A DNA stretch of 64,000 bases from Gammaproteobacteria bacterium (GTDB taxonomy: Bacteria > Pseudomonadota > Gammaproteobacteria > CBDBNL01 > JAAOII01). The translations under genes and the position numbers were made by a program. Of the stretch, positions 30,292 through 40,311 are shown in pieces (positions within the stretch are counted from its first letter, which is position 1; every line of letters starts with the position of its first letter). The stretch lies in NCBI GenBank assembly GCA_965207705.1, contig OZ242292.1:1413913-1477912 (forward strand), in the 5' to 3' direction. The notes below the pieces were generated by a model, which had not been told where the DNA came from, did not search any database, and was given only the letters and a program-made list of their open reading frames with translations.

Positions 30292-32199
30292 TTATATAGG
30301 AAGTTTATATTCCTTAGCGGCAAAATCAAATATAAAGTCCCCTTGTTCGGTGGAGCACACTCGCATTCCTGTAGCAAGTTTCCAATTAACTCCATCCACC
30401 CCCGCCTGTTTAAGCAAGTACCCTGTCAGAGATCTCAGAGATTCTTTGTTCAATAATACTCCCAGGTAGTGATGGTTATCATTAGTATAAAAAACGCCAC
30501 CTTGCGCATCCTGCGCTGCGGCATTTATATCTGTTTCAATATATTCTCGCCAAGCCTCTCCTTGCCATTTGCCAAACACACCATCTCCTGTTAGAACAAC
30601 ACTTGAATTTAATGAGGAAACGCGCTTAACCTTAATCGGTAATACTTGTTGTAAATTACCTGGCGCTAAGGTTTGTGGAATTTGAAAATCCGCATTTTTG
30701 CTGCCACTGCTTGGACCCCATAAAAATTGAGTATCAGAGCATTCTTTTTGTATTCTATTAATTACCTCCTTGCTGATGTTTATAAGCGCAGGAACGATAA
30801 CTAACTTATATTTGCTTAGGTCAGCGTTGACGTGGACTATATCAAGATTAATTCCATAACCGCGTAATGCTTCATAAAATCTAAAAGCCCATTGCGGATA
30901 AACAATGCCGCTACCTTGCGGTAATATTTCGTTATACCAGCAGCTCTCATAATCATAGAGTAAAGCAACCTCAGCAGGTTTGAGAGTTAGTTGAGGCAGC
31001 TTAGACATTTCTTTTTTAACCTCCACAATTTCGTTGTAGGCGGTTGCTGGTTGCGAATCGGGAGACAGGATGGCAGAGTGCATCTGCTCCTGCGCATAAG
31101 GGACTTGACGCCAGCGAAAGTAGCTAACTACTTCGGCGCCATGAGCAAATGCTTGCCAGGTCCAGAATTTTACAGCGCCCGCAACGGGAGTTGGATTATT
31201 GCCTGCCCAATTCACTGCTCCAGGTTGTTGTTCCATAATCCATAGTTTGCCTTTGCCGATTCCGCGATAAAGGTCATGATAAAAAGCCGAGATGTCAGGG
31301 TGTCCTATGTCGTAATATTTTTTCTTATCATCTCCGCCACTCCAATCCTGGTACATTTCTTCCAAGTACCCCAAGGGGTAGTTATCCCAACTGGCAAAAT
31401 CAAGGTCTTGTCCCATAGCAAAGTGGTCAAAATCATTGGTGAAGCCCATCATATTATGAGTAATTGGTTGGTCGGAACAATACTTGCGTAGAATATCCGT
31501 TTGAGCCAAATTATACGCTACTATTGACTGCGAGCAAAAGCGGTAGAAGTCCAACAAATGAGCAGGGTTTGCCTCAGCAACAGTGTTATTAGGCAATGGA
31601 ATTTCATCAAAATTGCCGTAATTTTGGTCCCAGAAACTATTTCCCCAAGCGTTATTAAGCTTGCTGATATCACCGTATTTTTTTGCTAAGTAACTATGAA
31701 AATAATCTTTATCCACATCGCCATAACTACGCGCAGTATCATGGCAAGCAAACTCATTATCAGTTTGCCACGCTACAACTGCCGATTGATTACCATATCT
31801 CTTAGCCATCTTTTCAGTGATGGCGCGGGAATACTCTAAATAAACTGGCGAGTTAAAACTATAATGGCGTCTGGAACCAAAACTGCGAGTTCGTCCATCC
31901 TCACCAACTGGTAATATCTCTGGGTGTTTTTTTATGAGCCATGCTGGTGGAGTTGCCGTAGGAGTGCATAGCACCGTGCCAATGCCACTGTCATTAGCAA
32001 GTCCGATCACTTCATCCAACCAAGCAAAATCATATTCATCAGGGGATGGCTGCATTTTCCCCCAAGCGAACTCTGCAAGACGGATATAACTTATGCCAAG
32101 CTCTTGCATCATCTTTATATCTTGTTGCCATAAAGAGGGGTCCCAGTGTTCGGGATAGTAGCATACACCTAATTTAATCTTGTTCATAATTTTGTTCAT
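30292..32199 (-). CDS. GH42 beta-galactosidase
   Basis: LGVCYYPEHW, AEFAW, TPTATPPAWL, WQTDNE (acid/base), MEQQPG (nucleophile), YFRWR, EQMH. Confidence 0.95.
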   Translation of the reverse strand: MNKIMNKIKLGVCYYPEHWDPSLWQQDIKMMQELGISYIRLAEFAWGKMQPSPDEYDFAWLDEVIGLANDSGIGTVLCTPTATPPAWLIKKHPEILPVGEDGRTRSFGSRRHYSFNSPVYLEYSRAITEKMAKRYGNQSAVVAWQTDNEFACHDTARSYGDVDKDYFHSYLAKKYGDISKLNNAWGNSFWDQNYGNFDEIPLPNNTVAEANPAHLLDFYRFCSQSIVAYNLAQTDILRKYCSDQPITHNMMGFTNDFDHFAMGQDLDFASWDNYPLGYLEEMYQDWSGGDDKKKYYDIGHPDISAFYHDLYRGIGKGKLWIMEQQPGAVNWAGNNPTPVAGAVKFWTWQAFAHGAEVVSYFRWRQVPYAQEQMHSAILSPDSQPATAYNEIVEVKKEMSKLPQLTLKPAEVALLYDYESCWYNEILPQGSGIVYPQWAFRFYEALRGYGINLDIVHVNADLSKYKLVIVPALINISKEVINRIQKECSDTQFLWGPSSGSKNADFQIPQTLAPGNLQQVLPIKVKRVSSLNSSVVLTGDGVFGKWQGEAWREYIETDINAAAQDAQGGVFYTNDNHHYLGVLLNKESLRSLTGYLLKQAGVDGVNWKLATGMRVCSTEQGDFIFDFAAKEYKLPI

Positions 32200-32266
32200 A
32201 AAGCCCAGTTATATAATTTAAACATCACTCAATATTTTACAAGATAATTAACCTCATAAATGGGAA

Positions 32267-32294
32267 AGATTATAGATTATAGATTGTAGATTAT
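32267..32294. repeat. 7-bp tandem repeat x4 (agattat)
   Basis: agattat agattat agattgt agattat, read directly. Confidence 0.85.
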
Positions 32295-32323
32295 ATAGGT
32301 GTGGTTATTCTATAATACCAATT

Positions 32324-33046
32324 ATGTCAAATACTTCAGTAAAGCAATATCTCGATGATATAAATAGCCCGCGTCAAGGAATGCGTTCGGCAATTCCTAT
32401 AGTTTTAGGGTACGTCAGTATTGGCTTGGCTGCCGGCATATCTGGCAATCTTGCCGGGATGTCAGTTGCTGAGGTAGGATTGTTATCGCTTATTCTTTAT
32501 GCTGGTTCGGCGCAGTTTGTGTTTGCCCAGCTATATTCTGCTGGAGCATTGGTTTTACTGCCCACCATTTTTTTTCTTAACTTCCGCCATTTTCTTTATT
32601 CGGCAGCTATAGCTCCATCAACTATCAAGTTGCCAACCCGCACTAGGTTTATCATAGGGGCTTGGCTAACTGATGAGAGCTTCTCAGTGGCAACTGCTAA
32701 TATACAAGGCAGAGTGCTTGATAGAGGCGGCTGGGTTATCGCCCTTAACTTTACGGCTTATAGCGGCTGGTGCACAGGCAATATTTTAGGAGCTTATATT
32801 GGTGAAGACCTAAAAGGTATAGATGCGTTGGGCTTAGATTTTGCCTTACCAGCAATGTATGCGGCAATACTCATGCTGCTGGCAGTTAATTTCCCTCGTC
32901 TTATTCCATGTATCTTTGTTATATCCAGCGCAGTGATAGTTACTGCCTTATTGAACTTCACCTATCATAGCATCGCCACTCCTTTGCTTGCCGCAATTAT
33001 CACGGCGACTTTAGCAAGCATAGTATTTCGCCCCGATAAATCATGA
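32324..33046 (+). CDS. azlC: AzlC family branched-chain amino acid exporter, large subunit
   Basis: AIPIVLGY, YAGSAQF, LNFRHFLYS, LTDESF, GLDFALPAM. Confidence 0.92.
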   Translation: MSNTSVKQYLDDINSPRQGMRSAIPIVLGYVSIGLAAGISGNLAGMSVAEVGLLSLILYAGSAQFVFAQLYSAGALVLLPTIFFLNFRHFLYSAAIAPSTIKLPTRTRFIIGAWLTDESFSVATANIQGRVLDRGGWVIALNFTAYSGWCTGNILGAYIGEDLKGIDALGLDFALPAMYAAILMLLAVNFPRLIPCIFVISSAVIVTALLNFTYHSIATPLLAAIITATLASIVFRPDKS

Positions 33047-33375
33047 TGACAGTTCGCCCCGAAGTCCTGCTATTAATAATCGGCTGTATGGCGGTTACTA
33101 TAGTGCCGCGTGTGCTTCCCTTATTGGTGATAAACAGATTCAAGCCGCCTGTTATTGTGCTGCAATGGTTAAATTATGCGGTTCCAGCCATCATTGCCGC
33201 GCTGTTAGTGGATGACTTACTCAACGGGCAAGGAACACAGATTTTCGTTTGGTTAAATAGCAGAGAGCTAGCTGGCATAATCGCCTTGATTGTTGCATTT
33301 GTTACCCGCAGTATAATTACCACGGTGCTACTAAGCATTGCCTCTTACTCATTATTAAATTTACTGCTAACATGA
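33043..33375 (+). CDS. azlD: AzlD family small subunit
   Basis: VTIVPRVLP, WLNYAVPAIIAALL; ATGA overlap with azlC. Confidence 0.88.
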   Translation: MMTVRPEVLLLIIGCMAVTIVPRVLPLLVINRFKPPVIVLQWLNYAVPAIIAALLVDDLLNGQGTQIFVWLNSRELAGIIALIVAFVTRSIITTVLLSIASYSLLNLLLT

Positions 33376-33407
33376 TAATAAATCAAATAATGTTATAATT
33401 ACCTGTT

Positions 33408-34265
33408 ATGAATACATATCGCTTAGCGCCAATTGTGTTCTTATTGCCAGCAGCCTTATTGTTTGCCGTATATGTGGTCTATCCAATTTTTGATAGCATT
33501 ATCCTGAGCTTTTATGACTGGGATGGTATTGGTGAGAAAGATTTTGTAGCTTTTGGCAACTATGCAGAACTAATAGAAGACCCCCAGTTTTGGGTATCCA
33601 TCAAGAACAATATCTTATGGCTGGTGCTCTTGATGTTGGCGCCAGTATTTGGCTTGGCATTGGCATTATTTCTTAATCAGCAGGTGCGTGGCATCCGCCT
33701 GGCAAAATCATTATTTTTCTTTCCCTTTGTCATTTCACTGGTAATTGTTGGAGTTATTTTTAGTTGGTTTTATGACCCTCGTTTTGGTTTATTGGCTATA
33801 TTTATTGAATGGGTTAGCGGAGTTAATATTTCTATTTTATCCGATGAGAATCTGGTAACCTTTGGCATAATATTTGCTGCTTTATGGCCCCAGACCGCTT
33901 ATTGCATGATTTTGTACCTAACAGGGCTCACCAGTGTAAACAGCGAGGTTATTGAAGCGGCGCGTATTGATGGAGCCAAGGGTTTTGCCATGCTGTGGAA
34001 CATAGTGCTGCCACAATTAAGACCAGTAACATTCATTGCCATAGTGGTTACGGTAATCGGTGCCCTGCGCAGCTTTGATTTGGTGGCAATAATGACTGCT
34101 GGCGGTCCTTATAATAGCTCCAGTGTGTTGGCTTATTTTATGTATGAACAGAGTATATTCTCGTATAGGGTTGGTTATGGCGCTGCCATAGCTACGATTC
34201 TTTTCTTAATAACCCTGATTTATATTGGCTACTTCTTGTGGCGTATGATAAAGCAAGAGCAATAA
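33408..34265 (+). CDS. Carbohydrate ABC transporter permease 1
   Basis: EAARIDGA EAA motif, LPQLRP, SFDLV, GGP. Confidence 0.95.
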   Translation: MNTYRLAPIVFLLPAALLFAVYVVYPIFDSIILSFYDWDGIGEKDFVAFGNYAELIEDPQFWVSIKNNILWLVLLMLAPVFGLALALFLNQQVRGIRLAKSLFFFPFVISLVIVGVIFSWFYDPRFGLLAIFIEWVSGVNISILSDENLVTFGIIFAALWPQTAYCMILYLTGLTSVNSEVIEAARIDGAKGFAMLWNIVLPQLRPVTFIAIVVTVIGALRSFDLVAIMTAGGPYNSSSVLAYFMYEQSIFSYRVGYGAAIATILFLITLIYIGYFLWRMIKQEQ

Positions 34266-34267
34266 TA

Positions 34268-35116
34268 ATGTTTCCACAACCTATTCAAAGCCGCTCTATT
34301 TGGCATCAAAGAAAATATCACATTCTATTATGGTTTTCATTAATTTTGTGGTTAATGCCTCTGACGGCGATAATCTTGACATCCTTCCGCTCTTTAGCTG
34401 ATATTCAACTGGGTAATTACTGGGGATTACCTGAAAAATGGTATTACCAAAACTACATAACAATCTTAACCGATACCCCTATGGCGCGTTATATGGTGAA
34501 TAGTTTATTCATCTCCATTATTGCCACTATCGCTGCGGTTATCCTGTCCACCATGTCAGGTTATGCTTTGGCAAAATATCGCTTTCGCCTCAACATTTGG
34601 TTATTTGCGCTTTTTGTCGGTGGCAACTTTGTCCCCTTCCAAATACTTATGATCCCAGTCCGCGATCTCACAATTAGTACAGGATTGTATGATACTTATT
34701 GGGGTTTGATAATTTTCCATGCCGCCTTTCAATCTGGCTTCTGCACTCTTTTTATGCGCAATTTTATTGTTGCCCTGCCAGATGAATTATTTGAGTCGGC
34801 TCGTTCCGAAGGAGTATCAGAGTTTAAAATTTTCTGGCATATAACAATTCCTTTGGTGCGTCCTGCACTGGCAGCGCTATCTGTTCTGATATTTACCTTT
34901 GTGTGGAATGATTTTTTCTGGGGCTTAGTGCTGGCGCAAAGTGATGAGGTGCGCCCAGTTACCGCAGCGTTAAATGCCTTAAAAGGTCAGTGGGTGGCAT
35001 CCTGGCAATTGCTCTCGGCAGGGGCGGTAATTGCGGCGGTCCCTCCCGTGATATTATTTTTTATAATGCAGAAGCAGTTTATTGCTGGACTAACTATGGG
35101 AGCAACCAAAGGATAG
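34268..35116 (+). CDS. Carbohydrate ABC transporter permease 2 (ATG 34268 preferred over the track start 34238)
   Basis: LPDELFESARSEG, WNDFFW, QKQFIAGLTMGATKG. Confidence 0.94.
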   Translation: MFPQPIQSRSIWHQRKYHILLWFSLILWLMPLTAIILTSFRSLADIQLGNYWGLPEKWYYQNYITILTDTPMARYMVNSLFISIIATIAAVILSTMSGYALAKYRFRLNIWLFALFVGGNFVPFQILMIPVRDLTISTGLYDTYWGLIIFHAAFQSGFCTLFMRNFIVALPDELFESARSEGVSEFKIFWHITIPLVRPALAALSVLIFTFVWNDFFWGLVLAQSDEVRPVTAALNALKGQWVASWQLLSAGAVIAAVPPVILFFIMQKQFIAGLTMGATKG

Positions 35117-35204
35117 TAAATCCGAGTAAATTAAGGCATAGTAAATCCGAGTAAATTAAGGCATAGTGAATCCCAGTGAATTTCAGTAAATTAAGACATA
35201 GTAG
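35113..35204. repeat. 25-bp tandem repeat (atagtaaatccgagtaaattaaggc): two exact copies plus a degenerate third with an internal 10-bp duplication
   Basis: Read directly; no spacers between units. Confidence 0.9.
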
Positions 35205-35300
35205 ATATAATTGTACTAAAGTGATATACTAAATGGCTATTAAATAACCGCAAATTTAAAATTGATTATTAACAAACTATTTAATTAAAGGAAAATATTT

Positions 35301-36542
35301 ATGATTAAGGAAATTGAAACGTTTGATCCTGAGTTAGCAAAAGCGCTGACGAATGAAAAAAGACGCCAAGAAGAGCATATAGAACTTATTGCTTCTGAGA
35401 ATTACACGAGTAAATGTATTATGGAAGCTCAAGGGACAGAGCTCACTAACAAGTACGCCGAAGGATATCCAGGCAAAAGATATTATGGTGGTTGTGAATA
35501 TGTTGATATTGTTGAGCAGTTGGCAATTGACCGCGTAAAAGAATTATTTGGCGCTGACTATGCCAATGTGCAACCCCACTCAGGAGCGCAAGCAAACGCA
35601 GCAGCATTTATGGCATTAGTTGAGCCCCATGATACTGTTATGGGAATGAACTTAGCTGAAGGTGGGCATCTTACTCACGGCTCTAAGGTTAATTTTTCTG
35701 GCAAAATTTATAACTCGGTCTTTTATGGTGTTGATAGCAAGGGTATGTTGGACTATGACCAAATGCGTTCTGCTGCTCAAGAACATAAGCCCAAGATGAT
35801 GATTGGTGGATTTTCCGCCTATTCACGCAAAGTAGATTGGGCTATAATGCGAGAAATTGCCGATGAAATAGGAGCTTATTTGCTGGTGGATATGGCGCAT
35901 GTTGCTGGCTTAATCGCTGCGGGACAATATCCCGACCCTCTACCGCATGCCCATGTTGTAACTAGCACCACGCATAAGACATTAAGAGGTCCGCGTGGCG
36001 GCATCATCCTGACAAAGAATCAACCAGAATTGGATAAAAAGTTCAACTCCGCTGTTTTCCCCGGCACTCAAGGCGGTCCCCTGATGCATGTCATAGCAGG
36101 AAAGGCAATAGCATTTAAAGAGGCATTATCTCCACAATTTACTGACTATCAAAAGCAGGTGGTGAAGAATGCCGTTACTTTGGCGAATAAAATTCAAGAG
36201 CGCGGCTATAAGATTGTATCTGGCGGCACCGAGAACCATCTAATGTTAGTGGATCTTATTTCTCAAGGTTTAACTGGTAAGCAAGCAGATGCCACACTTG
36301 GTCGCGCCAATATTACGGTTAATAAAAATGCGGTGCCCAATGACCCACAATCACCATTCGTTACCAGCGGAATAAGATTAGGCACTCCCGCCTGCACTAC
36401 TCGCGGCTTTAAAGAGGCAGAGGTGAGTCAAGTAGGAGAGTGGATATGCGATTTATTAGATAACATAGAAGATGAATCTACGATATCCAGAGTTCGTTCT
36501 GAAGTTCTGGAGCTTTGTAAGAGACATCCTGTCTATTCTTAG
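35301..36542 (+). CDS. glyA: Serine hydroxymethyltransferase
   Basis: [40 protein letters not shown]. Confidence 0.99.
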   Translation: MIKEIETFDPELAKALTNEKRRQEEHIELIASENYTSKCIMEAQGTELTNKYAEGYPGKRYYGGCEYVDIVEQLAIDRVKELFGADYANVQPHSGAQANAAAFMALVEPHDTVMGMNLAEGGHLTHGSKVNFSGKIYNSVFYGVDSKGMLDYDQMRSAAQEHKPKMMIGGFSAYSRKVDWAIMREIADEIGAYLLVDMAHVAGLIAAGQYPDPLPHAHVVTSTTHKTLRGPRGGIILTKNQPELDKKFNSAVFPGTQGGPLMHVIAGKAIAFKEALSPQFTDYQKQVVKNAVTLANKIQERGYKIVSGGTENHLMLVDLISQGLTGKQADATLGRANITVNKNAVPNDPQSPFVTSGIRLGTPACTTRGFKEAEVSQVGEWICDLLDNIEDESTISRVRSEVLELCKRHPVYS

Positions 36543-36547
36543 AATTT

Positions 36548-37930
36548 ATGACAATTAGTATATTTGACCTTTTTTCCATCGGCATAGGACCTTCAAGTTC
36601 CCACACGGTGGGACCCATGAGGGCGACCAGGTTATTCGCCGAAAGAATTGAAGAACAAGGATTCCTTGATAAAACCGCTCGTATTAAGGTAGAGTTATTT
36701 GGTTCTTTGGGAGCAACTGGCAAAGGGCACGGCTCGGAGAAAGCAGTTATTTTGGGGTTGGAAGGAGAAAAGCCAGAATCAGTTGACCCGCAACTGACCG
36801 AACAACGAGTTGATGCTATCATAAGCAATAAGCAGATTAACCTATTTGGTAAGCGTAAAATCTCCTTTGATTTGAAGAAGGACCTTATTATGCACAAACG
36901 TAAGTCCTTACCTTATCATTCCAATGGCATGATGTGCTATGCTTATGATGACAAAGAAAAAGAACTATGTGTTAAAACCTATTATTCAGTAGGTGGTGGA
37001 TTTGTGGTGGATGACAAAGCGGCAGGCGCTGACCGCATCAAAGAAGACGACACTAAGGTTGCCTATCCATTTACTAGTTGTGTTGAATTATTAGCTCATT
37101 GTAAGGAACATAATCTTAGAATATGTCAGCTTATGTTGGAGAATGAAAAATCCTGGCGCAGCGAAAAGGAAATTAGACAAGGAATATTGGCTATATGGAA
37201 GGTTATGCAAGAGTGCGTCAAAAATGGCATGTCCAATGATGGGATTTTGCCTGGCGGACTGAAGGTGCGGCGACGAGCTAAATCATTGTATGAGGACTTA
37301 AAAAATAAATCCAAGGTTGATATGATTAGCCCTGGGTTAACGGATATGGATTGGGTTAATGTATACGCTATCGCGGTTAATGAAGAAAATGCTTCTGGTG
37401 GCAGAGTGGTGACCGCGCCGACAAATGGCGCTGCTGGTATAATCCCTGCGGTTATGCATTATCATTACCATTATTGCCAGGGTGCTTGCGATGATAGTAT
37501 TATTAATTTTTTGCTTACTGCTGCAGCCGTCGGTATCTTATATAAAGAAAATGCTTCAATATCTGGCGCCGAAGTTGGCTGCCAAGGAGAGGTTGGCAGC
37601 GCTTGTTCAATGGCTGCTGGCGGACTAACCGAAGCAATGGGTGGCACCATCTATCAGGTAGAGAATGCTGCGGAAATAGCTATGGAGCATAATCTTGGTT
37701 TAACTTGTGACCCTATTGGCGGCTTGGTTCAGGTGCCATGTATTGAAAGGAACGCAATGGGAGCGATAAAAGCCATAAATGCAACTCGTATGGCATTGCG
37801 AGGAGATGGCGAGCATTTTGTGTCTTTAGACAAGGTTATTAAGACGATGAGAGAAACTGGCGAGGATATGAAGGATAAATATAAAGAAACAGCGCGTGGT
37901 GGCTTGGCAGTTAATGTCATAGAATGTTAG
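36548..37930 (+). CDS. sdaA: L-serine ammonia-lyase (Fe-S dependent)
   Basis: [47 protein letters not shown]. Confidence 0.98.
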   Translation: MTISIFDLFSIGIGPSSSHTVGPMRATRLFAERIEEQGFLDKTARIKVELFGSLGATGKGHGSEKAVILGLEGEKPESVDPQLTEQRVDAIISNKQINLFGKRKISFDLKKDLIMHKRKSLPYHSNGMMCYAYDDKEKELCVKTYYSVGGGFVVDDKAAGADRIKEDDTKVAYPFTSCVELLAHCKEHNLRICQLMLENEKSWRSEKEIRQGILAIWKVMQECVKNGMSNDGILPGGLKVRRRAKSLYEDLKNKSKVDMISPGLTDMDWVNVYAIAVNEENASGGRVVTAPTNGAAGIIPAVMHYHYHYCQGACDDSIINFLLTAAAVGILYKENASISGAEVGCQGEVGSACSMAAGGLTEAMGGTIYQVENAAEIAMEHNLGLTCDPIGGLVQVPCIERNAMGAIKAINATRMALRGDGEHFVSLDKVIKTMRETGEDMKDKYKETARGGLAVNVIEC

Positions 37931-38058
37931 GCAAATAACCCTGCTAAATAGCTCCCTAAAATATAAAGAGTATAAACATTAATTATTCAAAGAATATGTA
38001 TAATGTTATGCATGGGCAAGGAGGAAATCCCAAAATTATTATTATTATTATTTAAATT

Positions 38059-39198
38059 ATGAGGTCAATTATGAGACAACAATATAAATTATTATTAATC
38101 ACGTTAGCGTCGTTATCTTTTGCATTAGCACAAGTAGCTCCTGCCGAGATTAAGGTTGGTATATCTGGTCCCCACACTGGAGCTTATGCCGCTTTTGGCG
38201 AGCAACTTTGGAAAGGGGCAATACAAGCAGTTCGTGATATAAATGCCGCTGGCGGTATTAATGGCGAAAAGCTGGTTGCAGTAAAAGGCGATGATGCCTG
38301 CGAACCAAAACAAGCAGTTAATGTAGCAAACAGATTGGTGGAAAAAGACAAGGTGACTGCGGTTGTAGGACATTTTTGCTCTTCCAGTTCCATCCCTTCC
38401 TCTGTGGTTTACAATGAAGCAGACATTCTTATGATAACTCCCGCTTCAACTAATCCCACGGTTACAGATCGCGGACTTGGCAATGTGATGCGCGTATGCG
38501 GTCGCGATGACCAACAAGGACAGGTTGCTGGTGACTATATCAAAGATGAACTAAAAGCTAAACGAGTGGTAGTTATCCATGATAAAGATACCTATGGACA
38601 AGGACTGGCAGATGCAGCCCGCAACCAACTTAAAAAGCGCAAGGTTAGAGTGGTTATGTATGAAGGCCTGACTCGCGGTGAAAAGGACTTCAATGCTTTG
38701 GTCACCAAGATTCGTTCTAAGAAGCCCGATGTGGTTTACTTTGGTGGTCTTCATTCCGAAGCAGGTCCCTTATTGCGTCAGATGCGCGAACAAGGTGTTG
38801 ATGCTTGGTTTATCTCTGGCGACGGCATAGTATCTGAGGATTTTGTTAAGGCAGTTGGTGGAAAAGAATTTCTCAGCAAGACGCTTATGACTTTCGGCGC
38901 TGACCCGCGTAATGAGAAGAATAATCCATCAGGAGCTGCTTTGGTGAAAAGGTTTCGCGATCAAGGATATGAACCCGAGGGCTATACCCTTTATGCCTAT
39001 ACTGCTATGCAGGTTATAGCGGCATCTTTGAAGGCAAATAAAGGCGAGAAATCTGGCACTAAGTTGAGTTCATGGATTAAAGCCAACAATACCCCCACAG
39101 TTCTGGGAGATAAGACGTTTGATTCCAAAGGTGATATCAAGGTATCGGACTTTGTAATGTATGGGTGGAAAACCGACGGTACCTACTCAGAATTATAG
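38059..39198 (+). CDS. Liv/Bra-type amino acid ABC transporter substrate-binding protein
   Basis: Signal peptide, DDACEPKQA, GHFCSS, RDDQQG, HDKDTYGQG. Confidence 0.94.
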   Translation: MRSIMRQQYKLLLITLASLSFALAQVAPAEIKVGISGPHTGAYAAFGEQLWKGAIQAVRDINAAGGINGEKLVAVKGDDACEPKQAVNVANRLVEKDKVTAVVGHFCSSSSIPSSVVYNEADILMITPASTNPTVTDRGLGNVMRVCGRDDQQGQVAGDYIKDELKAKRVVVIHDKDTYGQGLADAARNQLKKRKVRVVMYEGLTRGEKDFNALVTKIRSKKPDVVYFGGLHSEAGPLLRQMREQGVDAWFISGDGIVSEDFVKAVGGKEFLSKTLMTFGADPRNEKNNPSGAALVKRFRDQGYEPEGYTLYAYTAMQVIAASLKANKGEKSGTKLSSWIKANNTPTVLGDKTFDSKGDIKVSDFVMYGWKTDGTYSEL

Positions 39199-39206
39199 AA
39201 ATATTT

Positions 39207-39253
39207 ATAATCGCTCCTTGGCGCTTATTTAATCTGCGCTAAGGGGCGGTTAT
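39207..39253 (+). terminator. Stem-loop between the binding-protein gene and livH (terminator or mRNA-stabilising hairpin)
   Basis: ataatcgctccttggcgc / gcgctaaggggcggttat inverted repeat (with G-U pairs) followed by T-rich sequence. Confidence 0.75.
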
Positions 39254-39379
39254 TTGTTTAATATCTTTCTTTATTATTCTTCTTCTTCATTATTTTTCTT
39301 CACTATTAATGCTTGGTTTAATTTTGTAAATATACTATTTGTATTTATATAATTAAATCAATCATAAAAAAACATCATC

Positions 39380-40300
39380 ATGGACTTGCACATACTGCTT
39401 CAACAGCTACTTAATGGCTTAATTTTAGGTTCGGTTTATGGGCTAATTGCCATTGGCTATACAATGGTTTATGGCATTATAGGCATGATTAATTTTGCTC
39501 ATGGAGATGTGTATATGGTAGCGGCTTATGTATCTGCTATTGGCATAGCAATTCTGAGTTTATTTGGCATTCACTCGGCTCCTTTTGTAATTTTTGCGGT
39601 TCTTATTTTTACCATTGTTGTTACCTCTTGCTACGGCTGGACCATAGAAAGAGTTGCTTATCGTCCGCTACGTCAATCTACTCGGCTTGCTCCGCTTATT
39701 TCAGCCATAGGCATGTCTTTGTTTTTGCAGAATTATATTCAGATAACCCAAGGAGCGCGCACTCAGGGAGTGCCAAATTTAATTGAAGGGACCATCCGCT
39801 TGGGGAGTAGCGCGGAAAATTTTGTGCAGATTACATACTCGCAACTATTCATTGTCATAGCTGCAATTGTGGGGATGGTAACATTGAATCAGATTATCCA
39901 AAGAACATCCTTAGGACGCCAGTGTCGCGCCACCCAGCAGGATAGGGTGATGGCAGACATACTCGGAGTTAATACGGATAGGATTATCTCTTCGGTCTTT
40001 GTAATTGGCGCTGCTATGGCAGCCCTTGCTGGTGTTTTGGTTACATTGAATTATGGTTCTTTTGATTTTCATATTGGATTTGTTACTGGAATTAAGGCAT
40101 TTACTGCCGCAGTGCTGGGAGGCATAGGTTCATTGCCTGGCGCTATATTGGGCGGGATTATTCTGGGGATGTCAGAATCCTTGTTTTCTGGTTTAATAAA
40201 TACTGACTATAAGGATGTATTTGCCTTTTGCTTATTAGTACTGATTTTAATTTTTCGTCCCAGCGGCATACTTGGCAAATCTGAAGTAGAAAAAGTATAA
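39380..40300 (+). CDS. livH: Amino acid ABC transporter permease LivH
   Basis: GYTMVYGIIGMINFAHG, AFTAAVLGGIGS, RPSGILG. Confidence 0.96.
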   Translation: MDLHILLQQLLNGLILGSVYGLIAIGYTMVYGIIGMINFAHGDVYMVAAYVSAIGIAILSLFGIHSAPFVIFAVLIFTIVVTSCYGWTIERVAYRPLRQSTRLAPLISAIGMSLFLQNYIQITQGARTQGVPNLIEGTIRLGSSAENFVQITYSQLFIVIAAIVGMVTLNQIIQRTSLGRQCRATQQDRVMADILGVNTDRIISSVFVIGAAMAALAGVLVTLNYGSFDFHIGFVTGIKAFTAAVLGGIGSLPGAILGGIILGMSESLFSGLINTDYKDVFAFCLLVLILIFRPSGILGKSEVEKV

Positions 40301-40311
40301 ACAGACACATA

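Noticed and set aside
35113-35204. 25-bp repeats as a mini CRISPR array
   Set aside because: The units are directly adjacent with no unique spacers, and no cas genes are in the window.
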